64,000 nucleotides of DNA from a bacterium GBS-1 (GCA_001443005.1 LEKQ01000001.1:594542-658541); one strand, 5' to 3'. Counted from the first letter of the stretch, positions 10,871 to 20,783 are shown. Translations and numbers: made by a program. Notes: generated from the sequence alone by a model not told the origin.

Positions 10871-11410
10871 TCACCCTTTCTTGAATATATCAAAGGCAGC
10901 CCTTAAGGCTTTTAAGTTTAAATCCCTAGTAGCAGGAGGTACCCTATTAAGCATGGCAGCCTCGAGCGATTCCCTTTTTACTATTCCTGTTAATGAGACC
11001 AAAACCCCCAAAGCCACTATGTTCGCAGATAAAGGCTTACCTGTCTCCCTTATGGATATCTCTGTTATAGGAAGCTCGTATATCTCAACGTCAGAGCGAG
11101 GTTTGACCTCCTTGATATAAAGTGTATCAATGATGATTAATCCTCCCTCTTTGACGCTCTCACCGTATTTATCCAGCGCATCTTGAGTCATAGCAAGTAA
11201 TATATCTGGTCTTTCGATCTCTGGGTAGTTTATCTCCTCATCGCTTATGATGATCTCGGACCTACTTGCACCACCTCTTGCCTCGGGACCATAGGACTGA
11301 TTATGCGTAGCGTTCTTTCCCTCATAAATCACCGCAGCCTCCGCAAGGATAATCCCTGCGAGAACCAGACCTTGACCACCGTAACCGCTTAACACTATCT
11401 CCTTCCTCAT
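10871..11410 (-). CDS. 2-oxoacid:ferredoxin oxidoreductase gamma subunit
   Basis: 179 aa; POR/KOR/VOR gamma-type GYGGQG motif. Confidence 0.8.
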   Translation of the reverse strand: MRKEIVLSGYGGQGLVLAGIILAEAAVIYEGKNATHNQSYGPEARGGASRSEIIISDEEINYPEIERPDILLAMTQDALDKYGESVKEGGLIIIDTLYIKEVKPRSDVEIYELPITEISIRETGKPLSANIVALGVLVSLTGIVKRESLEAAMLNRVPPATRDLNLKALRAAFDIFKKG

Positions 11411-12235
11411 TTAACCTTCCCCACCTTCAGCTAATTTTCGCCTTAACTCCTCATAAAGCTCCGTATACTCTCTCTTCTCCTTATTAACGAAGAGCTCGCC
11501 TATCAAAAACTTATCCTTCATCTCCTCGAGACTATACCTTTGAGCCTGTTGAACTAAAACAGCATGTTCCTTCTGCCACATCAGCATCTCATAAGGAGTT
11601 CTCATCCTATTTCTTCTCCCATAACCTACAGGACATTGAGAGACAACCTCAATGAAGCTAAAGCCCTTATGAGCGATGGCCTTAGCTATAAGATCAGCCG
11701 TTAACTGAATATGATAAACGGTGCTTCTTGCGATGAAGGTCGCTCCTGCCGCCTCAACAAGCTTGCATATGTCGAAGGATGGTTCAATGTTGCCGTAGGG
11801 AGCTGTTGTAGCATAGGTACCTTGAGGGCTTAAAGGGGAATACTGCCCACCTGTCATACCATATATACTGTTGTTTATAAGTATTGTAGTTATGTCTATG
11901 TTCCTTCTAGCAGCGTGGATCAGATGATTTCCCCCTATCGCCGCACCATCGCCGTCTCCCGTAATAACTATCACCTTCATATCGGGACGCATCAACTTAA
12001 AGCCTGTAGCGAAAGCTAAAGTCCTACCGTGAGTCGTTTGAATGGTGTTAAAGTCCACTATCACGTTGGTCCTTGCCGAACAGCCGATCCCGGTGAAAAG
12101 GACGATTTCATCCTTGCTCAACCCAAGCTTATCAACCGCCATGATCAAAGCCCTCACCACTGAACCGTTACCACAGCCCGGACACCATATATGAGGAAGC
12201 TTGCTTAACCTTAGATACTTCTTTATATCAAGCAT
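11411..12235 (-). CDS. korB: 2-oxoacid:ferredoxin oxidoreductase beta subunit (TPP-binding)
   Basis: CPGCGNG and TGDGD TPP-binding motifs; start trimmed to the internal ATG. Substrate (2-oxoglutarate vs pyruvate vs branched-chain) is not determinable from sequence. Confidence 0.8.
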   Translation of the reverse strand: MLDIKKYLRLSKLPHIWCPGCGNGSVVRALIMAVDKLGLSKDEIVLFTGIGCSARTNVIVDFNTIQTTHGRTLAFATGFKLMRPDMKVIVITGDGDGAAIGGNHLIHAARRNIDITTILINNSIYGMTGGQYSPLSPQGTYATTAPYGNIEPSFDICKLVEAAGATFIARSTVYHIQLTADLIAKAIAHKGFSFIEVVSQCPVGYGRRNRMRTPYEMLMWQKEHAVLVQQAQRYSLEEMKDKFLIGELFVNKEKREYTELYEELRRKLAEGGEG

Positions 12236-13373
12236 GGCTAAACACCTCTTTAATCGCATCAACTATCTCCCAAGGAGATATCATCTTGCCATCAACCCTA
12301 TTAATTCTAACAGCTTTCCTACAAATGCATCTTTCCACCTCTCCTACAAGCTGCCCCATGTTCATCTCAGGCACGACAACAACCTTAGCTCTTTTCGCAT
12401 ACCCCTCTACAACTTCGCCAGGGAAAGGCCAAAGGGTTTGTAACTGCAAAAGCCCAGCTCTTATCCCGCCCTCCCTCAGCATGTTAACTGCATCCTTGGC
12501 AGACCTCGCTGTACACCCATAGGCTACGATAAGCACGTCAGAATCCTCAACCCTATAGGTCTTATAATAAGTTATCTCCTTCCTATAAAACTCTATCTTC
12601 TTGTGAAGTCTCCTTATAAGCTCATTCGCCACCTTATGGTTATATGTTGCTGGGAAGCCCTCCTCATCATGTACATTACTAGTTACGTGATATCTGTACC
12701 CCTTACCGCGATAGGCGAAATCAGGAACACCGTCAGGCCCAGCGGCAAAAGGCTTATATTGCTCAGGCGGCAAGTTAGTAACTCTCCTATTAACTATCCT
12801 TATCCTGCTCGGATCTGGCAAAGTTACCTTCTCCCTTACGTGACCAACCACCGCATCGGAAAGAAGGATCACCGGATTTCTAATGAGCTCAGATATATTA
12901 AAGGCCTCTATAGTTAACTCAAAGGCCTCTTGAACCGTAGCAGGGCATAAGACAACTATAGGATGGTCTCCATGCGTTCCCCACCTCGCCTGCATGACAT
13001 CTCCCTGCGCAGGAAGGGTCGGTAAACCCGTGCTCGGCCCACCCCTTTGCACATCCACTATGACGCAAGGAATGTCAACTATTGTGGCATATCCCAAGTT
13101 CTCCTGCATTAAGGTAAATCCAGGACCACTCGTTGCAGTCATGGCCTTAAAACCAGCCATAGATGCTCCTATAACCGCAGCGATGCTAGCTATCTCATCC
13201 TCCATCTGAATGAATACCCCACCTACCTGAGGCATCCTAAGAGCCATCATCTCGGCTATCTCTGTAGCTGGAGTTATCGGATAACCCGCGAAGAACCTCA
13301 CTCCAGCTAAGATGGCTGCCTCAGCTATAGCCTCATTACCTTGCATGAATCGCACATCCTCCTTAAGGCTCAT
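12228..13373 (-). CDS. korA: 2-oxoacid:ferredoxin oxidoreductase alpha subunit
   Basis: 381 aa; GNEAIAEAAILAGVRFFAGYPITP alpha-subunit N-terminus. Confidence 0.85.
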   Translation of the reverse strand: MSLKEDVRFMQGNEAIAEAAILAGVRFFAGYPITPATEIAEMMALRMPQVGGVFIQMEDEIASIAAVIGASMAGFKAMTATSGPGFTLMQENLGYATIVDIPCVIVDVQRGGPSTGLPTLPAQGDVMQARWGTHGDHPIVVLCPATVQEAFELTIEAFNISELIRNPVILLSDAVVGHVREKVTLPDPSRIRIVNRRVTNLPPEQYKPFAAGPDGVPDFAYRGKGYRYHVTSNVHDEEGFPATYNHKVANELIRRLHKKIEFYRKEITYYKTYRVEDSDVLIVAYGCTARSAKDAVNMLREGGIRAGLLQLQTLWPFPGEVVEGYAKRAKVVVVPEMNMGQLVGEVERCICRKAVRINRVDGKMISPWEIVDAIKEVFSHA

Positions 13374-13597
13374 TCCTCTTCCCCCTCCCGCACCTCAACA
13401 GCATAATCAGGACACCTGAGCTCACAGCTTCTACAACCTACACACATCTCCTCGCGCATAACCCTAACCTTACCATCGCTTGTAAACTCAAAAACCTTCT
13501 TAGGGCAAAACTCTACACATATACCACAAGACTTACACCACTTAGTATTCAGAACAACCTTAAACCTCTTAGTCAAGGCAATCACCCCTTCTTTCAA
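13370..13597 (-). CDS. 2-oxoacid:ferredoxin oxidoreductase delta subunit (2x[4Fe-4S] ferredoxin)
   Basis: 75 aa with two cysteine clusters, CKSCGICVEFCP and CVGCRSCELRCP. Confidence 0.8.
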   Translation of the reverse strand: MKEGVIALTKRFKVVLNTKWCKSCGICVEFCPKKVFEFTSDGKVRVMREEMCVGCRSCELRCPDYAVEVREGEEE

Positions 13598-13602
13598 AGC
13601 GC

Positions 13603-13821
13603 TTAGCCGCCCGACATGATATATGTAACTACTATCTCGTCACCATCCCTAACTATCCTCGAGCTATACTCCCTCCTGGGCAAGACATCCCTATTCAAGA
13701 ACACAGTCATATAAGAGATATCATAACCAAGCTTCTCTAAAAGCTCCCCCACGGTCATCTCACCTTCCAAATTAACTTCCCTATTATTCACCTTAACAAG
13801 CATCTCCTCCATTTCCTCCAA
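13603..13821 (-). CDS. ThiS/MoaD-family small sulfur-carrier-like protein
   Basis: About 66-72 aa ending in GG (…DGDEIVVTYIMSGG); true start probably the ATG giving MLVKVNN... Confidence 0.55.
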   Translation of the reverse strand: MEEMEEMLVKVNNREVNLEGEMTVGELLEKLGYDISYMTVFLNRDVLPRREYSSRIVRDGDEIVVTYIMSGG

Positions 13822-13896
13822 ATAAATTATACTCAGTATACTGTCTACTTCCTAAATCATCAAGGCCACCCTTAAAAGGTATCTTTGGGTTTTTCT

Positions 13897-15552
13897 TCAC
13901 TCCAGGGATCTTCTAACCGCTCCCTTTGACGCGCTCTCAACGAAAAGCCTATAATATCTCAGGTAGCTGTTTTCAGGTATAAAGGAGCGATTGACCTCCT
14001 GTACCTCTCCTTTTCTCCTTTTATATTCTTCCTCTGATATCAATAGGTCTACCCTCTTCCTCCCGAGGTCTATCCTTATAACATCACCATCCCTAACTAT
14101 GGAGAGCGGTCCTCCTGCCGCCGCCTCAGGGGAAACATAAGCTATAGAGATGCCGTAAGAAGCCCCGCTAAGCCTGCCATCGGTTATGAGTGCAACGTTC
14201 TTATATCTATTTATTATCTCAACACACCTATGAAGCTCCCTCATGCCCGGACCTCCACAAGGCCCCTCGTATCTTATGATGATAACCTCCCCATCCTTAA
14301 GGTCATTGCTTGATGCATACTCCATAAACTCATCCTCCGAGTTAAATACCCTAGCTACCCCTTCAAAGGGATCCTTCAAAACGTCCACCAGCGCAGACAC
14401 CTTAAGCAGGGCTCCATCAGGAGCAAGGTTTCCTCTCAAGACTTTTATAGCTCCACCCTTAGCTATGGGGTCGGAAACCGATCTTATGATTGACTTCAAA
14501 GGCCTGAATCCCTCACTCTTCCCAATGATATCCCTCCAGGTATCGTTAAGGACCGTCTTTCTATCAAGGTTAAGATAATCCTTTAGTTCTCTTATCAATG
14601 CAACCACTCCGCCAGAAAAATACAGATCTATAACGGTATTCTCGTCGCTATTGGGAGTAACTTGAGCAATCAGGGGAACACTCTCGCTTATCCTCTCAAA
14701 ATCCTCCATGCTTATCTCTATCCTTAGCTCATGAGCTATGGCAGGAATGTGAAGAACAGCGTTTAGAGAACCACCTATAGCCATAACTACAGCTATTGCA
14801 TCCTCAAAAGCTTCCCTCGTCATTATCGCCGAAGGTTTCAAGCCCATCTCTATTAAGCGAACAGCTTGCTCTCCGGTTAATCTAGCTAAGTTATATCTCT
14901 GACTTGTTCCCGCTGGAGTTAAAGCTGACCCTGGCAATCCCACACCCAAAACCTCAGCTACTATACACATGGTATTTGCCGTTCCCAAAAATGGGCAAAC
15001 ACCTGGACCAGGATAATACCTCTCCGTGATGTCAAGCAGCTCATCCTCGGAGACCTTACCCTCAAGAAAGCTCCTTCTCGCCATCTTGGACTCCTTAGGC
15101 TTGATATAGTTGCACATCGGTCCTGCTCCCAACCAAATAGAGGGAAGGTCTATCCTAGCCATAGCCATAAGCATACCAGGGACGATCTTGTCGCAGGAGG
15201 AGAGAAAAACCAAACCATCGAATATATCGTGTCCCTTCACCATAGATTCTATCGAATCAGCGATCAACTCCCTGCTTGGGAGGCTATATTTCATGCCCTT
15301 ATGCCCCTGAGCTATACCATCGCATATAGCTATCGTGTTGAACTCGATTGGAACTCCACCAGCCTTGTAAACCCCTTCTTTTACCTTCTCGGCCAGGTCT
15401 CTTAAAGGGACATGCCCAGGGACTATTTCGTTCCAAGAGTTGACTATACCTACTATGGGCTTGTTAAGATCCGCTCGGGAAAAACCACAAGAAATTAGAT
15501 GCCCCTTTATAAGCTGTCTAACGTAGTTCGGAAAAGCACTCAATCGGTTCAT
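13897..15552 (-). CDS. IlvD/EDD-family dehydratase, paralog 2
   Basis: [30 protein letters not shown] and [11 protein letters not shown] motifs; 551 aa. Confidence 0.85.
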   Translation of the reverse strand: MNRLSAFPNYVRQLIKGHLISCGFSRADLNKPIVGIVNSWNEIVPGHVPLRDLAEKVKEGVYKAGGVPIEFNTIAICDGIAQGHKGMKYSLPSRELIADSIESMVKGHDIFDGLVFLSSCDKIVPGMLMAMARIDLPSIWLGAGPMCNYIKPKESKMARRSFLEGKVSEDELLDITERYYPGPGVCPFLGTANTMCIVAEVLGVGLPGSALTPAGTSQRYNLARLTGEQAVRLIEMGLKPSAIMTREAFEDAIAVVMAIGGSLNAVLHIPAIAHELRIEISMEDFERISESVPLIAQVTPNSDENTVIDLYFSGGVVALIRELKDYLNLDRKTVLNDTWRDIIGKSEGFRPLKSIIRSVSDPIAKGGAIKVLRGNLAPDGALLKVSALVDVLKDPFEGVARVFNSEDEFMEYASSNDLKDGEVIIIRYEGPCGGPGMRELHRCVEIINRYKNVALITDGRLSGASYGISIAYVSPEAAAGGPLSIVRDGDVIRIDLGRKRVDLLISEEEYKRRKGEVQEVNRSFIPENSYLRYYRLFVESASKGAVRRSLE

Positions 15553-15588
15553 TCAAGATCAACTCCCTCCATGAAGCGAAAATGGCTT

Positions 15589-16479
15589 TCATAGCAAACC
15601 AAGCCTCCTTAAGCCCTCTTTTATCTTTTCCCTTACCTCTTCGCTCGCTGGTCTGAAGGGTTCTCTCGGATACATCTTTATCCCGCGTAGGTTAACCATG
15701 GTATAAGCTCCTACGGTAGTGGTATTAGCGAGCCTCATAAGGTCTCTAACGGCCATCACCCTATTGTGAACCTCTATCACCTTATCCTTAGGGGCACCGC
15801 TCATCACCACATCATAAAGCTCCTTACAAAGCTCTGGAAAAGCGTTACCCAACCCTGGAATAAAGGCTTTGATGCCCAAAGAGGACGCAGGAACAAACAG
15901 AGCCTCGGTTCCTAAAACCACATCGAAGCCTTCTTTTTCTACCTTTCTCTTGAAATCCGATAGGACCATCAAATCGAAGCTACTATCCTTAACACCATGC
16001 ACACCTATATCCGCCAACCTCTTAAGCAAGCCCACGCTAACGGCATACCCGACAGTTTTGGGATTGTTATAAACATAAACAGGCACATTAACTGCATCAA
16101 CGATTCTTTTGAAATAAAATAAGACATCCTCCTCGGCATGATGATAGTAGAAAGGAGGAACCGCTGAAACAGCATCAGCACCTATCTCCTCAGCGTGTTT
16201 AGCGAGCTCAACAGCATCCCTCGTGCTTATGCTTCCCACATGAACAATAACCGGGACCCTCCCCCCGACCTCCTTCACAATTATCTCCGCAACCCTCTTT
16301 CTCTCCTCGAGGCTAAGCAAAGGTCCGCAGCCATAGGTCCCAAGGATGAAAAGGCCATCCACCGTCCCTAAAAGGAAGCTCGTAAAATCCCTCAAAGCTC
16401 CCTCATCTATATCGCCGTTTGCATCGAAGGGAACGATCATCGGCGGAATTACCCCTCTCAACTGGGTGATACCCATCAA
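15589..16479 (-). CDS. DapA/NAL-family class I aldolase or dehydratase (dihydrodipicolinate synthase family; 2-keto-3-deoxy-acid aldolase-like)
   Basis: 296 aa; GVIPPMIVPF..DGLFILGTYGCGPLLSLEER layout typical of DHDPS/KDG-aldolase family. Confidence 0.8.
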   Translation of the reverse strand: MMGITQLRGVIPPMIVPFDANGDIDEGALRDFTSFLLGTVDGLFILGTYGCGPLLSLEERKRVAEIIVKEVGGRVPVIVHVGSISTRDAVELAKHAEEIGADAVSAVPPFYYHHAEEDVLFYFKRIVDAVNVPVYVYNNPKTVGYAVSVGLLKRLADIGVHGVKDSSFDLMVLSDFKRKVEKEGFDVVLGTEALFVPASSLGIKAFIPGLGNAFPELCKELYDVVMSGAPKDKVIEVHNRVMAVRDLMRLANTTTVGAYTMVNLRGIKMYPREPFRPASEEVREKIKEGLRRLGLL

Positions 16480-16498
16480 AACACCCCCTTAAGGATCT

Positions 16499-18028
16499 TC
16501 ATCCCATTGTCTCTTGCAACTCGCTAATCTCCCTAAACTCATCCTGCAGCTTATGATAAATCTTCCAATATATCCTATATAACCTCTCGTATAAAACCCT
16601 TAGCCGCTCATCAGGCTCGATGCAATCGACTAACTGGACGGCCTTGGGAAGGATATCCTCATAGCTTTTTATATACCCAACGCCCCTCATGGCCATAACC
16701 GCTGCACCGAAAGAGGAAGCCTCCTCCATATTAACCCTAACTATTGATCTCCCAAGAACGCTTGATAGAACACCCGCCCAAACTTTAGACCTCATCAAAC
16801 CACCGGTTCCCCTAAGCTCTGTAGGGACGCTAACGACCTCTGAGACCGCCTCATATATACTCCTCATTCGAAAGGCTACACCCTCGATTATCGCCCTCGC
16901 TATATGTCTTCTATCATGGTGAAGCGCAAGACCGAACAAAATTCCTCTAACGTCAGCGTTCCAATAGGGGCCTCTCTCGCCGGTTAAAAAGGGCAAAAGC
17001 AAAAGCCCTCCTGCTCCTGGTTTGACCTCCTGAACCCATCTTTCGGCCTCCCTATAGAGGTCTAGGCCCATTTCTTTCAAATCCTCGTAAAAGCCATCGA
17101 TATACCAAGCCATCACAAGCCCAGCGTTGTTTATGGCGCACCCCACAAGCCAGGTATCCTCATCTAATATGTAACACCACGTTCTTCTTTTCTTATCAGT
17201 CATGGGACCCTTAACGGCCATTCTAACCGCACCGCTCGTTCCGATCATTATAGCCATCTTCCCTTCCCCGATTGAGTTGGAACCTAAAGACGATAAAGCA
17301 CCATCTCCAGCACCTATAACGATGGGAGTTCCCTCCCTTAAACTGGTTATGAGGCTAACTTCCTTAGAGACTTTTCCAACAACGGTTGAGGGGTAAACGG
17401 TCTCGCTCATTTTACCAATACTTATATCGAGGCTATCAAATATGGATTCCTCCCATTTTCTCTTATATATGTTAAGTAAACCGCTACCAGAGGCCACAGA
17501 GATATCGATGGCGAAGACCTTCGCTAAATTCCAAAGAACATACTCCTTTATGGTCATTATCCTATAAGCTTCATCAAGAGCTTGAGGGGTTTCATGCTTA
17601 AACCATATGAGCTTGGCGAGAGGATAGTTCACATGGAGGGGGCAACCTGTAATATCGTAAAGGTAATCAAACCTCTCTCGATAGCTCTTAAGCAGATCGT
17701 TAGACCTATTATCCCCCCAGATAATGAGATTGGTCTTTTTCCTCACATCAGAATCCACTAACATTATGCTGTGAAAAACGCTACTTAAACCTATGGCACC
17801 TATCTCATACTCACCGTTGGCAAGCTCCAAGGATTCCTTTATCGAGCTATATACAGCGGAGACAACCTCGTCAGGATCCTGCTCCACCCAACCAGGCTTA
17901 GGTTGAATAATCCTATAGTTTCTCTTAGCCATCGATATTAATCTTCCATCGCCATCGAAGATACAACATCTCGCCCCGGTTGTTCCTATATCAATACCTA
18001 TGAAAGCCGTCTTAGCCATCATAAACAC
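16499..18028 (-). CDS. FGGY-family carbohydrate kinase
   Basis: N-terminal FIGIDIGTTGARCC and two-domain FGGY layout; about 505 aa. Confidence 0.8.
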   Translation of the reverse strand: MFMMAKTAFIGIDIGTTGARCCIFDGDGRLISMAKRNYRIIQPKPGWVEQDPDEVVSAVYSSIKESLELANGEYEIGAIGLSSVFHSIMLVDSDVRKKTNLIIWGDNRSNDLLKSYRERFDYLYDITGCPLHVNYPLAKLIWFKHETPQALDEAYRIMTIKEYVLWNLAKVFAIDISVASGSGLLNIYKRKWEESIFDSLDISIGKMSETVYPSTVVGKVSKEVSLITSLREGTPIVIGAGDGALSSLGSNSIGEGKMAIMIGTSGAVRMAVKGPMTDKKRRTWCYILDEDTWLVGCAINNAGLVMAWYIDGFYEDLKEMGLDLYREAERWVQEVKPGAGGLLLLPFLTGERGPYWNADVRGILFGLALHHDRRHIARAIIEGVAFRMRSIYEAVSEVVSVPTELRGTGGLMRSKVWAGVLSSVLGRSIVRVNMEEASSFGAAVMAMRGVGYIKSYEDILPKAVQLVDCIEPDERLRVLYERLYRIYWKIYHKLQDEFREISELQETMG

Positions 18029-18043
18029 CTCAAGCTTTAAGAA

Positions 18044-18802
18044 TCAAACTGCCGTCCAGCCTCCGTCCACGAAGATTATCTGACCTGTGATATAAGAAGC
18101 CTCCTTAGAGGCCAAAAAAACCGCAACCCCTTTAAGGTCCTCCAAAGATCCAAACCTACCCAAGGGTATCCTTTTTATCATGCTTTCAAGCCTTTCTCTA
18201 TCGCTGAAGACCGCCTCGGTCATCCTGGTCTTGTACCATCCTGGCGCAATAGCGTTCACCCTTATGCCATACGCCCCCCACTCCTTAGCGAGCGCCTTAG
18301 TTAATGAGCCAACACCGCCCTTTGAAGCAGCATAGGCACATATGTTAGGAACGGTCACCTCAACCACGGTCAAGGAGCAAACGTTGATTATTGAGGGGGA
18401 ATCTGACCTCCTCAGTAATCTAAAAGCCTCCCTACACACGTAAAAGGTCCCAAAGAGATTAACCTCGATTATCTCCCTAAAATCATCGATTGGAAACTCC
18501 TCAGCGGGATACCTCCTATTGATGCCTGCAGCGTTCACAACGACATCAAGCCTACCATAGTTTCTCTCAATATTATCCATTATATTCTTCACTTCATCGT
18601 ATTTCGAGACATCGCATCTTAAGCCCGAAGCTTTAACACCATAGCCTTGACTTATCCTTAGGGCAGTCTCCTTTGCCTCCTCTATGGTCCTGCTAACTAT
18701 CAATACATCGCTTCCCGCCTCGGCGAGCCCCTCAGCGAGAGCCATACCTAATCCCCTTGACCCGCCAGTTACAAGAGAGAGCCTTCCTCTAAGGTTAAAC
18801 AT
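18044..18802 (-). CDS. SDR-family oxidoreductase (KduD/gluconate 5-dehydrogenase-like)
   Basis: TGGSRGLG cofactor motif and YAASKGG catalytic motif. Confidence 0.85.
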   Translation of the reverse strand: MFNLRGRLSLVTGGSRGLGMALAEGLAEAGSDVLIVSRTIEEAKETALRISQGYGVKASGLRCDVSKYDEVKNIMDNIERNYGRLDVVVNAAGINRRYPAEEFPIDDFREIIEVNLFGTFYVCREAFRLLRRSDSPSIINVCSLTVVEVTVPNICAYAASKGGVGSLTKALAKEWGAYGIRVNAIAPGWYKTRMTEAVFSDRERLESMIKRIPLGRFGSLEDLKGVAVFLASKEASYITGQIIFVDGGWTAV

Positions 18803-20276
18803 TTGCCCCCGTTATCCTCCTTCTCCCAAGAATCATTAGCACTATCAATACCCAAAGAATTATACAAATAGGCCTAGTAAAGAAAGGAGTTATGCTTTCA
18901 TTTAACGTCAAAGCCCTTCTTAGGTTCTCATCAGCCATCCTACCCAAAATCAACCCCAGGGTAAATGGAGCGAGAGGATAGCCGTGATTTCTCAGTACGT
19001 AACCTACTAAACCGAAAAGCAAGGTTACGTAGACGTCAAAAATGGAGTGATTCACAGCGTAGGCACCTATAACGCAGAGAGTTATTACTATAGGCATTAA
19101 GATGTCCTTCTTCACCAGCAACACCTTTATAAGTACGTTGCTTATAAGAAGCCCAAAGATAAGAAGCATAAAGTTAGCCAAAACCTGCATAGCAACGTAA
19201 TCATAGAAAAATTGCGGGGACTCAATGAAGATAAGCGGACCTGGCCTTATCCCGTGCAACAATATGCCTCCCAATAAAACGGCAGCAGCTCCGCTACCAG
19301 GTATGCCAAGAGCTATCATCGGAATCGAAGCTCCACCTATGCATGCGTTATTCGCTACCTCACAAGCGATAACCCCTTCCTTGCTCCCCTTACCTATCAT
19401 CTCCCTTTCCACACCGAGATTTTTGACAGCACCATAGCTTACCCAAGCGGCCACATCTTCACCAACGCCAGGAATAACACCGATCAGAATACCTATTATC
19501 GCAGACCTTATGGTCGTCTTCCAGTATCTAAAAACCTCTACTAAGGGAATACTAACCCTGAGCTTCTTAGGATCAACCACTAACTCCCCCTGTTTCGGCT
19601 CCCTCATCACGCAAAAAACCTCGGTTAAACCGAAAAGGCCTATCAAGGCAGGTATCAGAGATATGCCACTCATCAAATTTAGGCTGCCGAAGGTGAACCT
19701 TGGATAGGTGGTCATGTTATCCATACCTATCATAGCGGTCATAAGACCGAGAAAGCCCGTTATCCACCCCTTTAATTGCAACTCACCCATAGACAAGCTT
19801 CCACATATCATCACTCCCATTATGGTCAAAACGAAGAACTCCCAGGAACCAAACTTCAGGGCTATCTTAGCAAGCAAAGGGGTAGAAACAGCCAAGGCTA
19901 AGACGCCTATTAAACCACCCCAGAAGGAAGCTAAACGAGCAAGCCCTAAAGCTTCCCCAGCCATCCCATTCTTAGCTAATTCGTATCCATCTATAGCGGT
20001 AGCTGCAGCTGAAGGGGTACCAGGGATGTTAAGCAAAATGGCACTATTGGATCCTCCATATATACCACCGCAATAGAGAGCTACGAGCATCGGTATGGCA
20101 TATCGAGGGTCCAGACCATAGGTTATACCACTTAAGAGGGCTATACCCATCGTAGCTGTAAGACCAGGTAAAGCCCCGATTATTACCCCAAGGACAGAAG
20201 ATAGTGACATCAAAGATAGCAGCTTTAAGTCAAGAAGACCAACGAAACCATCAAAAAGCCTTAATAAGCTTTCCAC
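18795..20276 (-). CDS. tctA: Tripartite tricarboxylate transporter large permease TctA (copy 1)
   Basis: 493 aa polytopic membrane protein with the GALPGLTATMGIALL motif. Confidence 0.85.
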   Translation of the reverse strand: MESLLRLFDGFVGLLDLKLLSLMSLSSVLGVIIGALPGLTATMGIALLSGITYGLDPRYAIPMLVALYCGGIYGGSNSAILLNIPGTPSAAATAIDGYELAKNGMAGEALGLARLASFWGGLIGVLALAVSTPLLAKIALKFGSWEFFVLTIMGVMICGSLSMGELQLKGWITGFLGLMTAMIGMDNMTTYPRFTFGSLNLMSGISLIPALIGLFGLTEVFCVMREPKQGELVVDPKKLRVSIPLVEVFRYWKTTIRSAIIGILIGVIPGVGEDVAAWVSYGAVKNLGVEREMIGKGSKEGVIACEVANNACIGGASIPMIALGIPGSGAAAVLLGGILLHGIRPGPLIFIESPQFFYDYVAMQVLANFMLLIFGLLISNVLIKVLLVKKDILMPIVITLCVIGAYAVNHSIFDVYVTLLFGLVGYVLRNHGYPLAPFTLGLILGRMADENLRRALTLNESITPFFTRPICIILWVLIVLMILGRRRITGANV

Positions 20277-20300
20277 CTCGATCCCTCCTCAAAGCAGAAC

Positions 20301-20783
20301 TTAGGGCAACCTCACTCCAAGTAAATGTCCAAATGAGTACATCAAGCTCAAACTCACCAAAAGAGCGATCCCGATCGCGACGTGTAGCTTGACACTTTTA
20401 AAGTAAAGATAGGACCCAACTAGATAGAGAAAAGTCGCCAAAGTATAGGGTATCTTCCCCAAAAGAGCAACATAGGCGACCGTTAAAGCTATAAAGACGA
20501 CGAGCCTTTGTGTCTTGAGTCTCTCCTCCCTGCTTCCCTCATTTCTCCCCTTTGACTCCGAGAGGCTCCAACCTTTAAGGTTTCTTTTAAAGATAAACAA
20601 GAGGTAAAACATAAGCGCAGCTGAAAGAACCATAAGAATTGCCGATAAAACTGCGGGGGTAAGACCTGGGGAGTCATGAGGGTCTCCAGTAGGCATCTTT
20701 AGGGATTCAAACAAGCCATAAGCACCGATCAGGAAAACGAAAAGGGCAATCGCAAACTCCCACCACCATCTCTTCCTATCCAT
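20301..20783 (-). CDS. tctB: Tripartite tricarboxylate transporter small subunit TctB (copy 1)
   Basis: 160 aa, four hydrophobic segments, sits between tctC and tctA. Confidence 0.6.
   Translation of the reverse strand: MDRKRWWWEFAIALFVFLIGAYGLFESLKMPTGDPHDSPGLTPAVLSAILMVLSAALMFYLLFIFKRNLKGWSLSESKGRNEGSREERLKTQRLVVFIALTVAYVALLGKIPYTLATFLYLVGSYLYFKSVKLHVAIGIALLVSLSLMYSFGHLLGVRLP

Noticed and set aside
13822-13896. TATAAT/TATACT hexamers upstream of the thiS-like gene as an internal promoter
   Set aside because: The hexamers lie only 5-15 nt from the start codon, leaving no room for the observed GGAGG Shine-Dalgarno; more likely chance AT-rich sequence.
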